Below are positions 38,121-52,043 of a stretch of DNA of 64,000 bases, piece after piece. The position numbers were made by a program, and so were the translations under genes. The notes under the pieces are model-generated. The model did no database searches, was not told the DNA's origin, and was given only the letters and a program-made list of their open reading frames with translations. The number at the start of each line of letters is the position of its first letter. The first letter of the stretch is position 1. Source of the DNA: Lama glama (taxonomy: Eukaryota); assembly GCA_028534125.1 (NCBI GenBank), contig CM052818.1, positions 18,230,001-18,294,000 on the forward strand, written 5' to 3'.

Positions 38121-40852
38121 TAGAGGGATGCTTTCTAACTTTGTGCACATCAGGGCACACACAGACTTGGGCCATAAAGGAAAGGCTCAGCAACAGGACT
38201 GGTTAAGGTGAGGGGCCGCCCCGGCCCCACACAGCTGCCCAGGGGCTGAAAGGGTTTGCTCACACGTGTGGCCTCCCAGTAGCCCACCAGTGTGAGGCGG
38301 CACTGGGGTTGGGAAGCTTTGGATTAGGGAAGAGGTAAAATCATCAGGCAAGAAATGTCTCAGAAAATTAACTACACTGAGGGTGTCTGGGTGAGTCCCA
38401 ATGCGCACATAAGATGTGGGTAATGGCCAGGGGCGTAGATTACGGTCAAGACTTGCTCTCTGTCAGTGGGCCTGGGGTTTGATGGAGTTTAATAAAATGT
38501 CACTGTACGTGGCATAAAACCTCCTAAAGAGCAGGGCAGGCTAAAATATGACTTTCTTCTTCCTTAATCATTTTAATCTGTGACTGAAGAAAAGCCCTGA
38601 ATGATAGGATCAGTCCTCAGACAAACTGTAAAATCAGCGAAGTTTCTCCCGGGAATCTTGTCTTCCTCATCTTCGTCCCTTACTCTGCACCCCTACCTTC
38701 CCTCCTCCTATCAAACCTGCCTCTGCACCTGTGATGCAGCCCCTCAGGCCCAGGTGTAGAGGGGTCACTGCACAGCTTCTCCCTGGAGTAACTGTACATC
38801 AGGTGGTATCTCATCGCAAAACAGGAAGACTTGCTTCCTTCTCAAGGTATTCCAGGCATCCAGGTGAAGGAAGAAGAGGTGGGCAGGTAGAGAATCTTAC
38901 CTTCCTGCCTGTTAAACCACACTAGAAAGGTGTCTCTAAAAAACACCAGTATAGTATTTAAATAGTTACCAAATATGGCTTCATTTGGCCTCCTTTAAAA
39001 CATAGTCAGAAGGCTGAACAGATAGGGATGTGCCCATCTTACAGAAGAGAAAATGAGATCTGGAGGGGTTCCAAGTAATTTGCTTCTGGCCAAGCAGTTC
39101 ACTCTTGGGGTAAATTTTAGCTTCTGGATGGCTGGAGGGAGGGGCCCCCTCTGTTTGCCAGGAAACTCTTCTGAATCCGCATTCTTCAACTCCCATTTCC
39201 ACTTGGAAGTAGGCAGGACCAGACAGCCCCACACAGTAAATTGAGGTCAGGACACCCAGAGCTTTGTTTGTCTGCCTGGTGGCCTTGGGTCCGGCAGCTC
39301 CCAGCCGGCTGGCAGCAGGGTGCGGCTCACAAGGACAGAGGAGCTTTGTCCAGAAAGACTGAATATATCCACGTTGAGCCTGAACCTTTGGGGAGCAGCA
39401 ACCACCAGGCACATTGTTGATTTTGCACTTGGAGAGTCTGATCTTTCTGAGAAAGCAGACACTTTGTTTTTCCTCACTGAAACCTCTTTTGTTAATTTTC
39501 TTTCTCAGCCTTCTGACTTCTGAAATTTAATTGCCAATTTCTGTTCTTTAAGCCAGAAAGGGGAGGTGTCTGGCCATCTAATGGATGACATGACCTTCAG
39601 TGAGCTTTCTTGGGACCACGGCCCTTGCACTGAACTGAGGAAATAAGGTGTGCAGGCTCAGGAGTGAGGGGTGGCAGCGGGTGGTGGAGCAAGCTAAGGA
39701 GGGGAGTGACCAGCACATGACTGAGGCTTATCCATACCCACAGCACTCCCCCAGCACTCCAAGGCAAAGAGGAGGAGACTGCCCCTGCACTTCCAATACA
39801 GGCTGCCTTTCTGCTTTTCAATTCCATTCCTGATATTCAGATAAACCAGACTACGTTGGTAGAAATGCACTCCAACTTTATGCTTTGTGTTGCCTTTCTT
39901 TGTGAAGCATAAAATATGATTAACCCCAAACCCTCACCGCCTTGCCTTTATCCTGTCCAAGACTGATGACTTAAGCCCTTTCCCCACCAAGTCTTTGAAT
40001 CTATGGGTTTTTCAACTCAAGACAGGTATTTCAGTTAGCTGGAGTCACTAAACTTTAATTCTGGAGTCCCACTGCCAAACCCTTCTCACCCTCCAAGTGG
40101 TTTTGGAAGGCTGGTCTCCTCTTTACTACAGATGTGTTCCATCTTACCCCTGCCCTGCACCTCAGCGCCAAGCACAGCTGGACCAGCTCGACTGCCCAGG
40201 GAAGGGGTGACTGCTCCCTTCTCTCGACCCTGCTTCCTTGAGAAAAAGTCAGAGATGGACGGGAACAAAAATAAAGACCCACTGAGGTAACACCCGTCCT
40301 CTTTAAGTTCATGGCATTCCCCAGTCCCCTTCTCACACCACATACACATGCCCTCGTGAACACGATGTCTTTCTGCAGGCCATTTCTCCCTTATGCACTC
40401 TGCAAATCAGCTTCCTTCTGCCAAGATTACAGCTTGGGTAGAATGCAAAGAAAAGACTGAACAGAAAGAATTTCTCTTTCTTAAACGTTTCTTTTTTTCC
40501 TAAGTAAAAGAAAAGCTTTGATGGGCGTGAAAGAGAAGGGAAGCAGAATGGCTCTTGGAGTAACTTTCCACAGAGGACTGTTTTGGACTCCGACCAAAGC
40601 ACCCTCCATGGTCCTGCCCTTTCTCTCCTTCACAGAGAATTCTGGCTCAGGTGGCCTTACCTTCACACCATCTGCTCCTACTCAGTGCACAGCAACTGTA
40701 TGTCTATGGGGAGGAAATGGCAGTGGCTGACCAGGGAGTCAAGGTGGGCATGTTAATCTGATCAGCCCGCTGGGACTCTGGAGAGAAGCAGTTTACCAGC
40801 TTCCACGACCACTCCTTTGTCCAAGCGGTCACTGGGACCAGGGTCAGGACTG

Positions 40853-41300
40853 TGTAAAGATTAAATCTACTCTAATTTCCTTCCATGTGAGGGTTTGCTG
40901 GATAAAATGAAGAGAACTTTACTTGATTGGAATGCTTTACTGAGCAAGAAACAAACTGTTTACACATAGGGATACTTGGAACCTGAAACTGGTAGGACTC
41001 TCAGAAGCTTGATATTACAGAATGGCTTGTAAGTGAAAATGAGGACCTTTTACAATGATTGGTGATTGTAATGGGGGTTTCTAGATGGTAGGGGAGGTTA
41101 AAAGTTATTATCTTCAATCATTTTAGGAAGATGACTTAAGTTTCATTTATGAGTATCAGAGGCATTTACAAGAGACACACTGAATTAAATTTTGCTTATA
41201 TTCATGAAATATGCAAGACTGCTTCACTTCCGTGGCTTAACCAGTTGATTTTGCCTGCTTAAGGGATCATCAAGCCTGGTCTCTTATTTTTATTTTGATA
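40853..41300 (-). mobile_element. ERV1-class 3' LTR (MER89/MER90/MER110-like)
   Basis: Minus strand reads PPT aagtgggaggaat, then tatcaaaataaaaataagagaccaggcttg...tcttgtaaatgcc...gaaacttaag, and ends ttaatctttaca (terminal CA). Confidence 0.75.
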
Positions 41301-44300
41301 ATTCCTCCCACTTGGTCTTCCTGTCAGTAAGTTGAGGGTGTGGCCAAATAGGACAGCTTGACTTGGCACCACTGTGACATAATCGCTGGGCTGATGGTCA
41401 TGTAGTTGTTGCTACCAACAGCTGCAGAGCCACCGTAGACATAGGCAGGCAGATCACCAAGTTGTTCGAGCTGTCTAATCCTAATGGATATCATTTGATG
41501 TATAAGTGTCTGTTGAAAAGCATTTAAAACCCATGAAAAGGATACACTGCACTTGGGAGGCTAATATCATAACTATGTCAAGGATGAAAAAATTCTCCAG
41601 AACAGATATTCCTAGGAACTAAGATGTAATCAACCAGAAAAATCAAGGGGCTTTGCTGGCTCCATAAAGTCAACTTTAGTTCTTTAAAACTGTCTAATAA
41701 TAGGAATTTAAGATTATATCTTTAAAAGTGTCTTTAGGCTAAGAAGCTAAATTAAGGACTTGCCCAAATATACGTTGTTATAAGGAACATGCATTCTTAT
41801 TGAATCTATCTGAAAACCTGTATTGCCATGAAAATAAGAATACTCAGTAACGGTTTCTGAATTCTGGAGGGATCAAGTAAGGAGCAAAAGATAAATGTTT
41901 AATTTTGTTTATAAAAGTGTACTTTATCAAACAGGTATAACTTATGGATAGGAGAGAGGAAGAGAGAGAGAGAGATTGAGATTAAGAGAGAAATGAGGGG
42001 TACTTTAAAGCTGGAAAACAAAACATTGAGGAACCAGTATGTTTCCAACAAAGCCCCCCACCTCAAATTATAATCATCTCCATCAGTTCATTCAGTCCCA
42101 TGTAACTAATTCTCGTTTGGGTTGATAAGTAGTTTTAAGAATCAGTTGGTTTTTCCACTAGAATTTTAGAAATCTTTACCCAGGCCAGGGTTATGATCTG
42201 AAAGTTATTAAAAACCTGTATTCTTGAGTACTTTTCAGGATCTTTTCCATTAAATCCCTTGCAATTTTGTATCATAGCTGCTTGTGAAAGCTTTCAGGAA
42301 AGCATGGAAGTAAAACAATAACTGTAATTAAAATGTCCATGATTAAAAATCTGGTGAAAGTTCACTATAATGCAATTGGCAAAGGAATTTGGTTATTTTT
42401 GTGATATACAATATTTTAAGGTAACAACTGGAATTATGACTGACTATTTAGATAGTGAGCACACTGATAAATATTAATGGATTTTCTGTAGTTTCCGAAA
42501 CAATAGTTAGTAGTAGTAGTTAGTATACTCATGCAAATATAATCTAAAGAATGTTAATCATTGCTTTTATTTGACAATGTTTCCAATGTAATTTAACATA
42601 TCAAATATGCCTATTAATTTAACATTTCTCTTTTTATAAGAAGAGAGAACAAATCCCAGGAACCCTCTGGAAAAACCCAAAAAAGACTTCATTCAGGATT
42701 GATTTGGGAAAAGTCTGTCAAAAATGTCAAAAGATTTAAAAGACTTGATCAAATAGGATCACAGGTCACTGTGAAACAAAACTTAGTTACCCATTCAACC
42801 CAAGTGACAAACAAAAGATTTCAAAAGCAAATACAGAAAATCACATAACTGTTAAAAAAAAAAAAGAACTCAACTCTTTTAACATTGAAAAGACACAGTT
42901 TTTCTAAGTAATCAAAAACCTGATAAAGACAATGTGCACAGGAAATTATTTTGATAAGACTTGGAATCTTTGTTTCCGAGGCAAATCACAAAAAGAAAGC
43001 CATTTATAATCGCTTATTAAAAGCAGACCAATATTTTAAGAAATATTCTCATCTTAACAGAGAGAAAATTGAACTCTAGGCTTTTATTGGTACATTATTG
43101 ACTGCACTTTAAAAACTCATAAATAAATCCATTTGATTTTAGTTAGCCTTAACCTCAGAACAAAAAACTTCCTTTCCACAAACACTTAGCACTCTCTACA
43201 TCCATTTATATTTTGTGCTATTTCTTTCTTTCTTTTTAATTCTGGAACACCATTTTACTTTGAGACAAAACTACTCTTTTTTTCTTTAACAAAAATGCAT
43301 CCTTAAATTCTTTGCGTACTCTTTATTTAAAATCACCTCCGCTTTTCCTGCCACACTTGGTATACAAAGTTGCTTCCCTTCACTCTTATTGTTTCTAGTA
43401 GTTCTATTTTTACATATTGATTATAAATTTTAACTATTAGTAACCTATATTTTCCAATAAAAACTAGGAAGCAATTAGGAAATGTCTGTCATATATCAGC
43501 ACTGTATAGTAGATTAGCAAATTTATGAATATATAATTATAAAAAAATATAATTTTTAAACACATATATTTTATAGTCTATTTTTAATGTGGCAAAAGAC
43601 ATGTTTACTACTAGAATCCAATTTTTTGTCTGTAAAAATTAACAAGCCAAAGGTAGACAAATTTACATTTAGCAATTAATGTTTTAGTATAGAAATGATC
43701 TATATTCAATGACTATCTATCATTGAATTTAATTTAATATCAACATTTATCTTATTTACGTTTATTTAAATTACTTGTTTTTTTAAACAAGTGTGGTTGG
43801 ATTAGATATTAAACAGTTAACCATCATCTTAAATTATTTTTCTTGTTAACAAATTTTATAACATAAAGATAGAATGAGTTTATTTGACTAGTAAATCTCG
43901 GCAGAAGAAAACTGTATGTCTGAATTATATTTTATGCTGCCAACTCTGAGGACATGCCTGTTTTAATTAAACCAACAAACGTAAACTAGCTTTTATTTAT
44001 CAAAGATTATCCTGAGCACAAAAACTTGGACAACCTTTGGGTTAGTCTCTATATTTCTAAGAGTTTTAGGAATACACTATATAATACCTAATTTAGGAAT
44101 ATTTAATTGGCTTATTTCTTAATCAATTAAATAAAGCTTTAAAAAATATCACATATACATAATATACTTACATACAAATATGTACACACATATATATGTA
44201 TACAGATGTACATAAACATACAAACAGCTTTCATTTAAAAATTTTAGCCAAGTATCAGGTACAATAATACAAAACTCAAAAAAGGAAAGCTAGATCCAAA

Positions 44301-44600
44301 TTGTGTTTCAGGCAGATCAGAAAAGTTAGTTACCTGCTCAGATGGCTAAAGCTTTTTACCAAAGGGTTTTTTTTAATTTAATGTGCTACAAAGACTTTTA
44401 GAGAAGCTATTTTTGGAGTCATTTTTCTGCATACCAATCAAAAATGCATTCCCTTGTCTCTGAGAGGTTAGGAATCCTCTCTTTTTAAGAGTGCCCCTGT
44501 GGGAGACTATCTTATCAGAGTTAAGGATTTCCCAAAATAGTCACTACAATGCAAAATTATCCAAAAATTCATCCATTTTCTACAAAGTCCAAGATCCTGG
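41301..44600 (-). mobile_element. Non-autonomous ERV1 (MER4-group-like) internal region with env TM/tail remnant
   Basis: PPT abuts the LTR; ~41460-41660 translates with frameshifts and stops to IVMILASQVQCILF / VLNAFQQTLIHQMISIRIRQLEQ, resembling the env C-terminus; the rest is very AT-rich with no ORF of 60 aa or more over ~3 kb. Confidence 0.7.
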
Positions 44601-45017
44601 CTAAGAGCTTAAAGATCGCTCAAGAGAAATTATCCAAACTGAAAAATAGAAAAAAGAAAGACCAAAGAGGAATGAACAGTCTTAAGAGACCTGCAGGACA
44701 ATATCCTAAGGTCTATCATTTGTATTGTCTGAGTTCCTGGAGGAGAGGAAAAAGTTGAAGCAGAAAATATAGTGGAAAAACTAGCTGAAGATGTCTCAGT
44801 TTTGATGAAATACATAAATCTATAGATTCAAGAAACTTAGCAAACAGGAAAAACTCAAAAAAATCCATGCCCAGAATAATATAATTTAACTGATAAAAAC
44901 TAAAGAAAAAGAAAACCTACTGAAAGCAGAAAATCAACACATTTCATATAAGGGAAAACAATTCAAATGACTGAATTTCTCATCAGAAAATACAGAAGCC
45001 AGAAAGAAGTGCAACAA
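44600..45017 (+). mobile_element. Old L1 ORF1 fragment (outer element, left part)
   Basis: gaacagtcttaagagacctgcaggacaatat...ctatagattcaagaaacttag...gactgaatttctcatcagaaaa. Confidence 0.8.
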
Positions 45018-48000
45018 TTATTAGTATTAGTATTCATATTAGTTTTATTATTTTGCTCTGAGATATTCACATACTACAAAATTCACTCTTTTAAAGTGAA
45101 CAATTCAGTTATTTTTAGTATATTCACTAGGTTTTATAACCATCCCCTCTATGTAATTCCAGAATATTTTTATCACCCCAAAACAAACTCCATACTCACT
45201 AGCAGTCACCCCATCTCCTTCTCCTTCCAGCCCTGGAAAACACCAGTATACCTTTTGTATCTATGTACTTGCTTACTATAGGCATTTCATGTAAATTAAT
45301 CATACAGTATGTAGATTATTATGTCTGGTCTTTTTACTTAGCATAATGGTGTTTTTTGCCCTTTTTAAGTTGAAGCATAGTCAGTTTACAATGTCGCATC
45401 GATTTCTGGTGTACAGCATAATAGTTTAGTCATACATATACATACATACATTCATTTTCATGTTCTTTTCCATTATAGGTTACAAAATATTGAATATAGC
45501 TCCCTGTGCTATATAGTGTAAACTTGTTGTTTATCTATTTTATATACAGTGATTAGTATCTGCAAATTTCAAACTCCTAATTTATCCCTTCCCGCCTCTG
45601 GTAACCATAATTTTGTTTTCTATGTCTATGAGTCTGTTTCTGTTTTGTAAATAAGTTTTTCTTTTTTTAGATTCCACATAAGGGATATCATATGGTATTT
45701 TTCTTTCCCTTTCTGGCTGACTTCATTTAGAATGACAGGTCCACCTATGTTGCTGCAAATGGCATTATTTTANNNNNNNNNNNNNNNNNNNNNNNNNNNN
45801 NNNNNNNNNNNNNNNNNNNNNNNNNNNNNNNNNNNNNNNNNNNNNNNNNNNNNNNNNNNNNNNNNNNNNNNNCACTGGGGTGCATGTGTCTTTTTGAATT
45901 AAGGTTCCCTCTGGATATATGCCCAGGAGTAGGATTGCTGGATCATATGGTAAGTCTATTTTCAGTCTTTTGAGGAATCTCCATATTGTTTTCCACAATG
46001 GCTGCACTGGACTACATTCCTACCAGCATTGTAGGAGGGTTCCCTTTTCTCCACAGCCTTTCCAGCATTTGTCATTTGTGGACTTTTGAATGATGGCCAT
46101 TCTGAATGGTGTGAGGTAATACCTCATTGTAGTTTTGATTTGCAGTTCTCTGATAATTAGTGATATTGAACATTTTTTCATGTGCCTATTGGCCATTTGT
46201 ATGTCTTCATTGGAGAATTGCTTATTTAGGTCTTCGGATCTTTTTGAGGTTGGGTTATTTGTTTTTTTCTTATTAAGCTGTATGATCTGTTTATATATTC
46301 TGGAAATTAAGCCCTGTCAGTCTCATCTTTTGCAAATATTTTCTCCCATTCAATAGGTTGTCTTTTTGTTTTGCTTATGATTTCCTTAGCTGTATAAAAG
46401 CTTATAAGTGTAATTAGGTCTCATTTGTTTATTTTTGCTTTTATTTCTATTGCTTGGGTAGACTGCCCTAGGAGAATACAGCTAAGATTTAATAATGTTT
46501 TCAAAGTTCATCTATGTTGCATCATCAATCAGTATTTCATTCCTTTTTATAGCTGAGTAATATTCTATTATGTGAGTATACCACATTTAATTTATCCATT
46601 GATGAACATTTGGGTTGTTTCCACTTTGAAAGCTTTGTTCTTTTTCATGATTATTTTGGCTATTCTGGGTCCCTTGCATTGCTGTATAGATTTTACAATC
46701 AGCTTGTCAATTTCTGTTTAAAAAAAAAAAAGGCATCTGAGATTGAGATAGGTATTGCTTTGAATCTATAGATTAATTTGGGGAGTATTTTCATATCCAT
46801 AGTAATTCGGTCTACCTTTCCATAAAAACAGGATGTTTATTTAGGTCTTAATTTCTTTCAACAATGTTTTGTAGTTTTCAGCATAGAAATTTAACACTAT
46901 TTTTGTTAAGTTTATTCCTAAGTGTTTTATTGTTTTTCATGCTAATGTAAATGGAATTGTTTTCTCCCTTTCATTTTTGGGTTGTTTATTGCAAGTATAT
47001 AAAAATATAGTTGATCTTTGTACATTCATCCTGTATTCTGCAACCTTGATGAACTTGTTTATTAGCTCTAATATTTTTTATAGATTCTTTAGGATTTTCT
47101 GTATTCAAGATCATGTCATCTGTGAAAAGAGATAGTTTTACTTCTTTTCAGTCTGGAAGTCTTTTATTTGTTTTTCTTATCCAGTTGTTCTGGCTAGAAC
47201 CTCCAGTATTATTAAACTGAAATTGTGAGAGTAGACATCTTCATCTTGTTCCTGATCTTGGTGATAAGTTTTCAGTCTTATACCACTGAGTATGTTGTCA
47301 GCTGTGAGGCCTTTTTATCAGCTTGAGGAAGCATGCTTTTATTCCTAGTTTGTTGAGTATTTTCATCATGAAACAGTGTTGGATTTTGTCAAACACTTTT
47401 TCTTCACTTCTTTGGGTGCTAATGTCATTTTTGTCCTCTATTAATACAATATAAGACATTGATTGACATTTGCATGTTAAATCAACCACATATTCATGGC
47501 ATAAATTCCACTAGATCATGGTGTACAATCCTCTTTATATATTATTAGATTAGGCTTGCTAATATTTTGTTGAGGTTTTTACACCTGTATTTATAAGGAT
47601 TATTGGTATGTAATTTTATTTTCTTGTGATGCCTTTGACTTTGGTATAAAAGTAATAGTTGTCTCATGAAATAAGTTAGAAACTACTCATTCCTGTCTTA
47701 TATTTTAGATGATTTTGTGAAGGATTTGAATTTTTGAATTTTGTGAAAACAGTGATAATTCTTTTTTAAACATCTGATAGAATTCACCAGTGAAGCCATC
47801 TGGTCACAAGCTTTTCTTTGTGAAAAGTCCTTTTTGACTACTAACTCAGTCTCATTAATTATTATGTCTGTTCAGATTTTCTGTTTATTTTTGAGTTGAG
47901 TTTTGGTATTTTATGTCTTTCTAGGAACTTGTCCATTTAACCTAAGTTATCTAATTTGTTGTCATGTGATAATTTATAGTATTCACTAATAATCCCTTTT

Positions 48001-48387
48001 ATTCTATAAATTAGGTATATTGTCCTTTTATTCCTAATTTCAGTACTTTGAGTCTTTTCTCTTTTTCTCCTAGTCATTCTAGCTAAAGTTTTGTCAATTT
48101 CATTGATTTTTTTTTCAAAGAACTACATTTTGATTTTGTTGATTTTTCTATTGTTTATCTATTCATTGTAATCATTTCTTCTCTCTTCTTTATTATGTCC
48201 TTCAGTCTGCTTGCTTGGGTCTAGTTTGCATCTCTTTCTCTAACTTATTAAGGTGGTAGTTTAGGTTATTAACTGGAGATCTCTCTTATTTTTATAATAC
48301 AGGTGTTTATAGTTAGAAATTTCCCTATAAGCACTGGTTTTACTGCATTCCATAAGGTTTGGTATGTTGTGTTTTTGTTTTCATTCA
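45018..48387 (-). mobile_element. Antisense L1 (L1MB/MC-like) containing a younger L1 at ~45357-46490
   Basis: ORF 45765-46007(-) [31 protein letters not shown] is the L1 ORF2 C-terminus; ORF 47298-47489(-) EKVFDKIQHCFMMKILNKLGI is an RT-domain motif. Confidence 0.92.
45773..45872. other. Assembly gap (100 N)
   Basis: Run of exactly 100 N inside the youngest L1. Confidence 0.99.
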
Positions 48388-51300
48388 TGGAACAACATTT
48401 TAAAGTTCTAAAGGAAAAGAACTTTTAACCCAGAATTCAGTGTCCTATGAAAATAGCTTTAAGAATAGAGATAAAATAAAACATTATCAAAAGAAAAAAA
48501 ATATTTTTTTCCATTATTACAAAAGGAAGAGAATTTGCAGCTAGCAGAATGGCTCTAAAAGAAATTCTGAAGGAAGTTCTTCAGTGTGAAAGAAAATTAT
48601 ACCAAAAGTAAACTTAGAACATTAATCATATATAATAAATAATTTGTATATTATACATAGACATATAATAAAATATCTAAAATACATAAATAAATATAAT
48701 AAACTCTTTTCTCTCCTCTTAAGTTCTTTAAATATATGTGACAGTTAAAAGGAAAAAAATTATAACATTATCTGTTGGGTTTTTCAATAGATGTAAATGA
48801 AATGCATATGACAATTAAAACATGAAAGGAGGTTAAAAGGACTGTGTGATGGTAAGATTTTTACATTTATCTTGAAATCATAAAAAATTAATTCTAAGTG
48901 GATTCTTAAATTTTAAATATGAATATTTTAATCCCTAGAGCAACCACTTAATAATTTATAAAAAGATATATGGTCAAATATAATTGGAAAGAAATTCAAA
49001 TAACCCAAAAGAAGGAATGAAAGGAGTAACAGAATAATAAAAATTAGAAGAAACAAGCATAAAACAAATTAGAAAATTATAGGACTAAATCTAAACATAT
49101 TAGTAATTTACCTTATGTGTAAATAATTTAAGCACATCAATTAAAATATAGATACTTTGCTACACACTGAAAGAAATCCACATTAAATATAATGTTATAG
49201 GAAGGTTGAAAATAAAGGATTAATAAAGATATATCATGCAAACACTGATCAAAAGAAAGTAGGAGTGACTACATTAATATTCAACTTCAGAGCAAAGAAC
49301 TAGTAGACTCCAGGGCAAAGAAAACTGCTAAGAATAAAAAGACACATTACATAATGACAAAAGGGTCAAGAAGACAACAATTTTAAATGTATACGTACCT
49401 AACAACACTGCTTCAAAATGCATGAAGCAAAAATTGATACAAATGAAATGAGAAATGAACAAATTGACAACTCTATCTGGAGGCTTCAATATTACTTTCT
49501 CATCAATCAAAAGAACAAGTAGCTAAAACATCAGTAAGGATATAGAAGAATGAACATCATCAGCCAATTGGATCTAATTGACGTTTCTCTACTCATTTTG
49601 TGAGGCCAGCATTAGTCTGATATCAAAACTAAACAGAGATAGTGCAACAGAAGAAAACTATGGACCAGTACCTCTCATGAACACAGATGAAAAATCTTTG
49701 ACAACATACAAGTAATTCAAATCCAGCAACATATAATAAGGATTATACACAATGACCAAGTGGGGTTTATCCAAAGAATGCAACTGTTTTTAATGTTTGA
49801 AAATCAAACAATGCAACCAATAGACAGTAATGAAAAGACTAAAGAACAAAAACACTCAGCAAACATGGAATAGAAGGAAACTTCCTAAGTTGATAAAGAG
49901 CATCAAGAAAAATACCAAAAAATCCTGAAAAATTTATTGAGGAACAATGTAAGAATGTCCACTCTCACCACTTCCCTTCAACACAGCACTAGAAGCCTAC
50001 CCAGTTCAATATGGCAAGGAAGAGAAACAAAAGGTATTCAGATTGGAAAATAAGAAATAAAATTTTTTCTACTAATAGATGACATGATTGTCTATATAGA
50101 AAGTCCATGCAATCTCAAAAAATGGTCCTAGAGCTAACAAGTGACTTTACCGAAGTTGTAGGATGCAAGGTCAACAGGCAAAAATTATTTTTACTTTTAA
50201 ATTAACAATGAATAATTAGAAAACAAAAATAAAAACAGTACCATTACAATCACTCAAAAAATGAAATTCTTAGTTATAAACTTTTTAAAATAAAGAATCT
50301 ATATCCTGATAGCTACAAAATGCTGATGAAAGAAATCTAAGAACATCAAAATAAAAGAGATATACTATGTTGTGTTCATAACTGGGAAATATAATATTGT
50401 TAAAATGTCAATTCTCCCCAAACTGATCTGGAGGTTAAAACAATTTCAATAAAAATCCCAGTAGGAGTTTTTGTAGACACAAATTAGTTGGTTTTAAAAT
50501 TTATGTGGAAAGGCAAATGAGTTAAAATAGCCAAAACAATTCTGCAAAAGAACAAAGAGAATTCATATTATGAACTTTCAAGATTACTACAAAACTACAG
50601 TAATCAAGAAAATATGGCATTGGCAAAGTGATAGACACAGATCAGTGTAACAGAATAGAGAGTCCAGAGATCAACCCATGCATTATGGCTGATTAATTTT
50701 TGACATAAATGCAATAATAATTCAATGGCAAAAGGATAGTCTTTTTAAACAAATAGTGTTGGAACATATGCAAAAAAAGAAGCTTAACCTAAACATCACA
50801 CCTTATACAAAAATTAACTTCAAATCCAAAATGGATCATAAATCTAATTGTAAAATATAAAAGTATAAAATTCTTAGAAGAAAACACTGGAGAAAATCTC
50901 TGTGACCTAGAGTTAGGCAAAGAGTTTTTAGACATAATTTTAAAGCACAACTCATAAAAGAAACAATTGGTAAGTGGGACTTTATCAAAAATAAAGATTT
51001 TTGCTGTGTGAAGATACTATCAGGAAAACGAAAGACAAACTACAGATTGGGAGAAAATATTTGTAAACCACATATCCAAAGAAGGAACATGTATCCAGGT
51101 TATATTTATTAAAAAAGAAAAAGAAAGAAAGAAAAAAGAAAAGAAAACTCTCAGAACTCAACAGAAAGGAAACAAGAACAAAGTCAGGGTAAAGACTGTA
51201 ACAGACACTTCACCAAAGAATATATAAGAATGACAAATAAGCATAAGAAGAGATACTTGACCTCAGTGGCCATTAAGGAAATAATTAAATCTCAATGTGA

Positions 51301-51983
51301 TAAAACTGCACACCTATTAGAAAACTGCTAAAAACAAAAACAAAACTGATACTACCAAGTGCTGACAAGGATGCAGCACACCCAGAACTCTCACATGTAA
51401 CTAGTGAGAATACAAAATGGTAATGCTGTTCTATGAAACAATTTGGCAGTTTCTTATATGTTAAATTTACATCTACCATATGACCCAGTAATTTCACTCC
51501 TAGGTACTTATCCTAGAAAAATAAAAATGTATATTAATACAGAAGCCTGGACATCAGTGTTTATAGTAGCTCTATTCCTAACCACTCAAAAATGGAAATA
51601 AGCCAAATGTCCTTCAACAGGTGAATGAGTAAACTGTAGTATTATACGTACAATGAAATACTACTCAGCAACAAAAAACACACTATTGATACACAAGACA
51701 AAACAGATGAATTTCAAATGAACAGTACTGATGAAAAAAAGCCAGTCTCAAAAGGTAATATACTGGATGGTACCATTTACATAATATTTAAGAAAAGCAA
51801 AAATATAGCAACAGAACACAGATCAGTGGTAACCAGGGCTCAAACGTGTGTGCGTGTTGGGGGAAGAGGGGGTCAGTGTGACTTCATAGTGGCAGCACAG
51901 GGAGTTTTATGGTTATGGAACTGTTCTGTATCCTGACCGTGGTGGTGAGGAGTACATGAATCTATCCATGTGTTAAAACTTAC
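48388..51983 (+). mobile_element. Old L1 (L1MC/MD/ME-like): ORF1 end, decayed ORF2 and 3'UTR (outer element, right part)
   Basis: A-rich L1 text such as gatgacatgattgtctatatag, aaaactacagtaatcaag, ccatatgacccagtaatttcactcctagg. Confidence 0.9.
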
Positions 51984-52043
51984 AGGGGGAGGGTATAGCA
52001 AATCGCCTGCTTAGCATGCATGAGGTCCTGGGTTCAATCCCCA
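51984..52043 (+). mobile_element. 3'-truncated tRNA-Ala-derived SINE (Vic-1-like)
   Basis: ggggggagggtatagcaaatcgcctgcttagcatgcatgaggtcctgggttcaatcccca; no tail. Confidence 0.85.

Noticed and set aside
45765..46007. ORF with clear protein similarity
   Set aside because: L1 ORF2 remnant running into an N gap, not a host gene.
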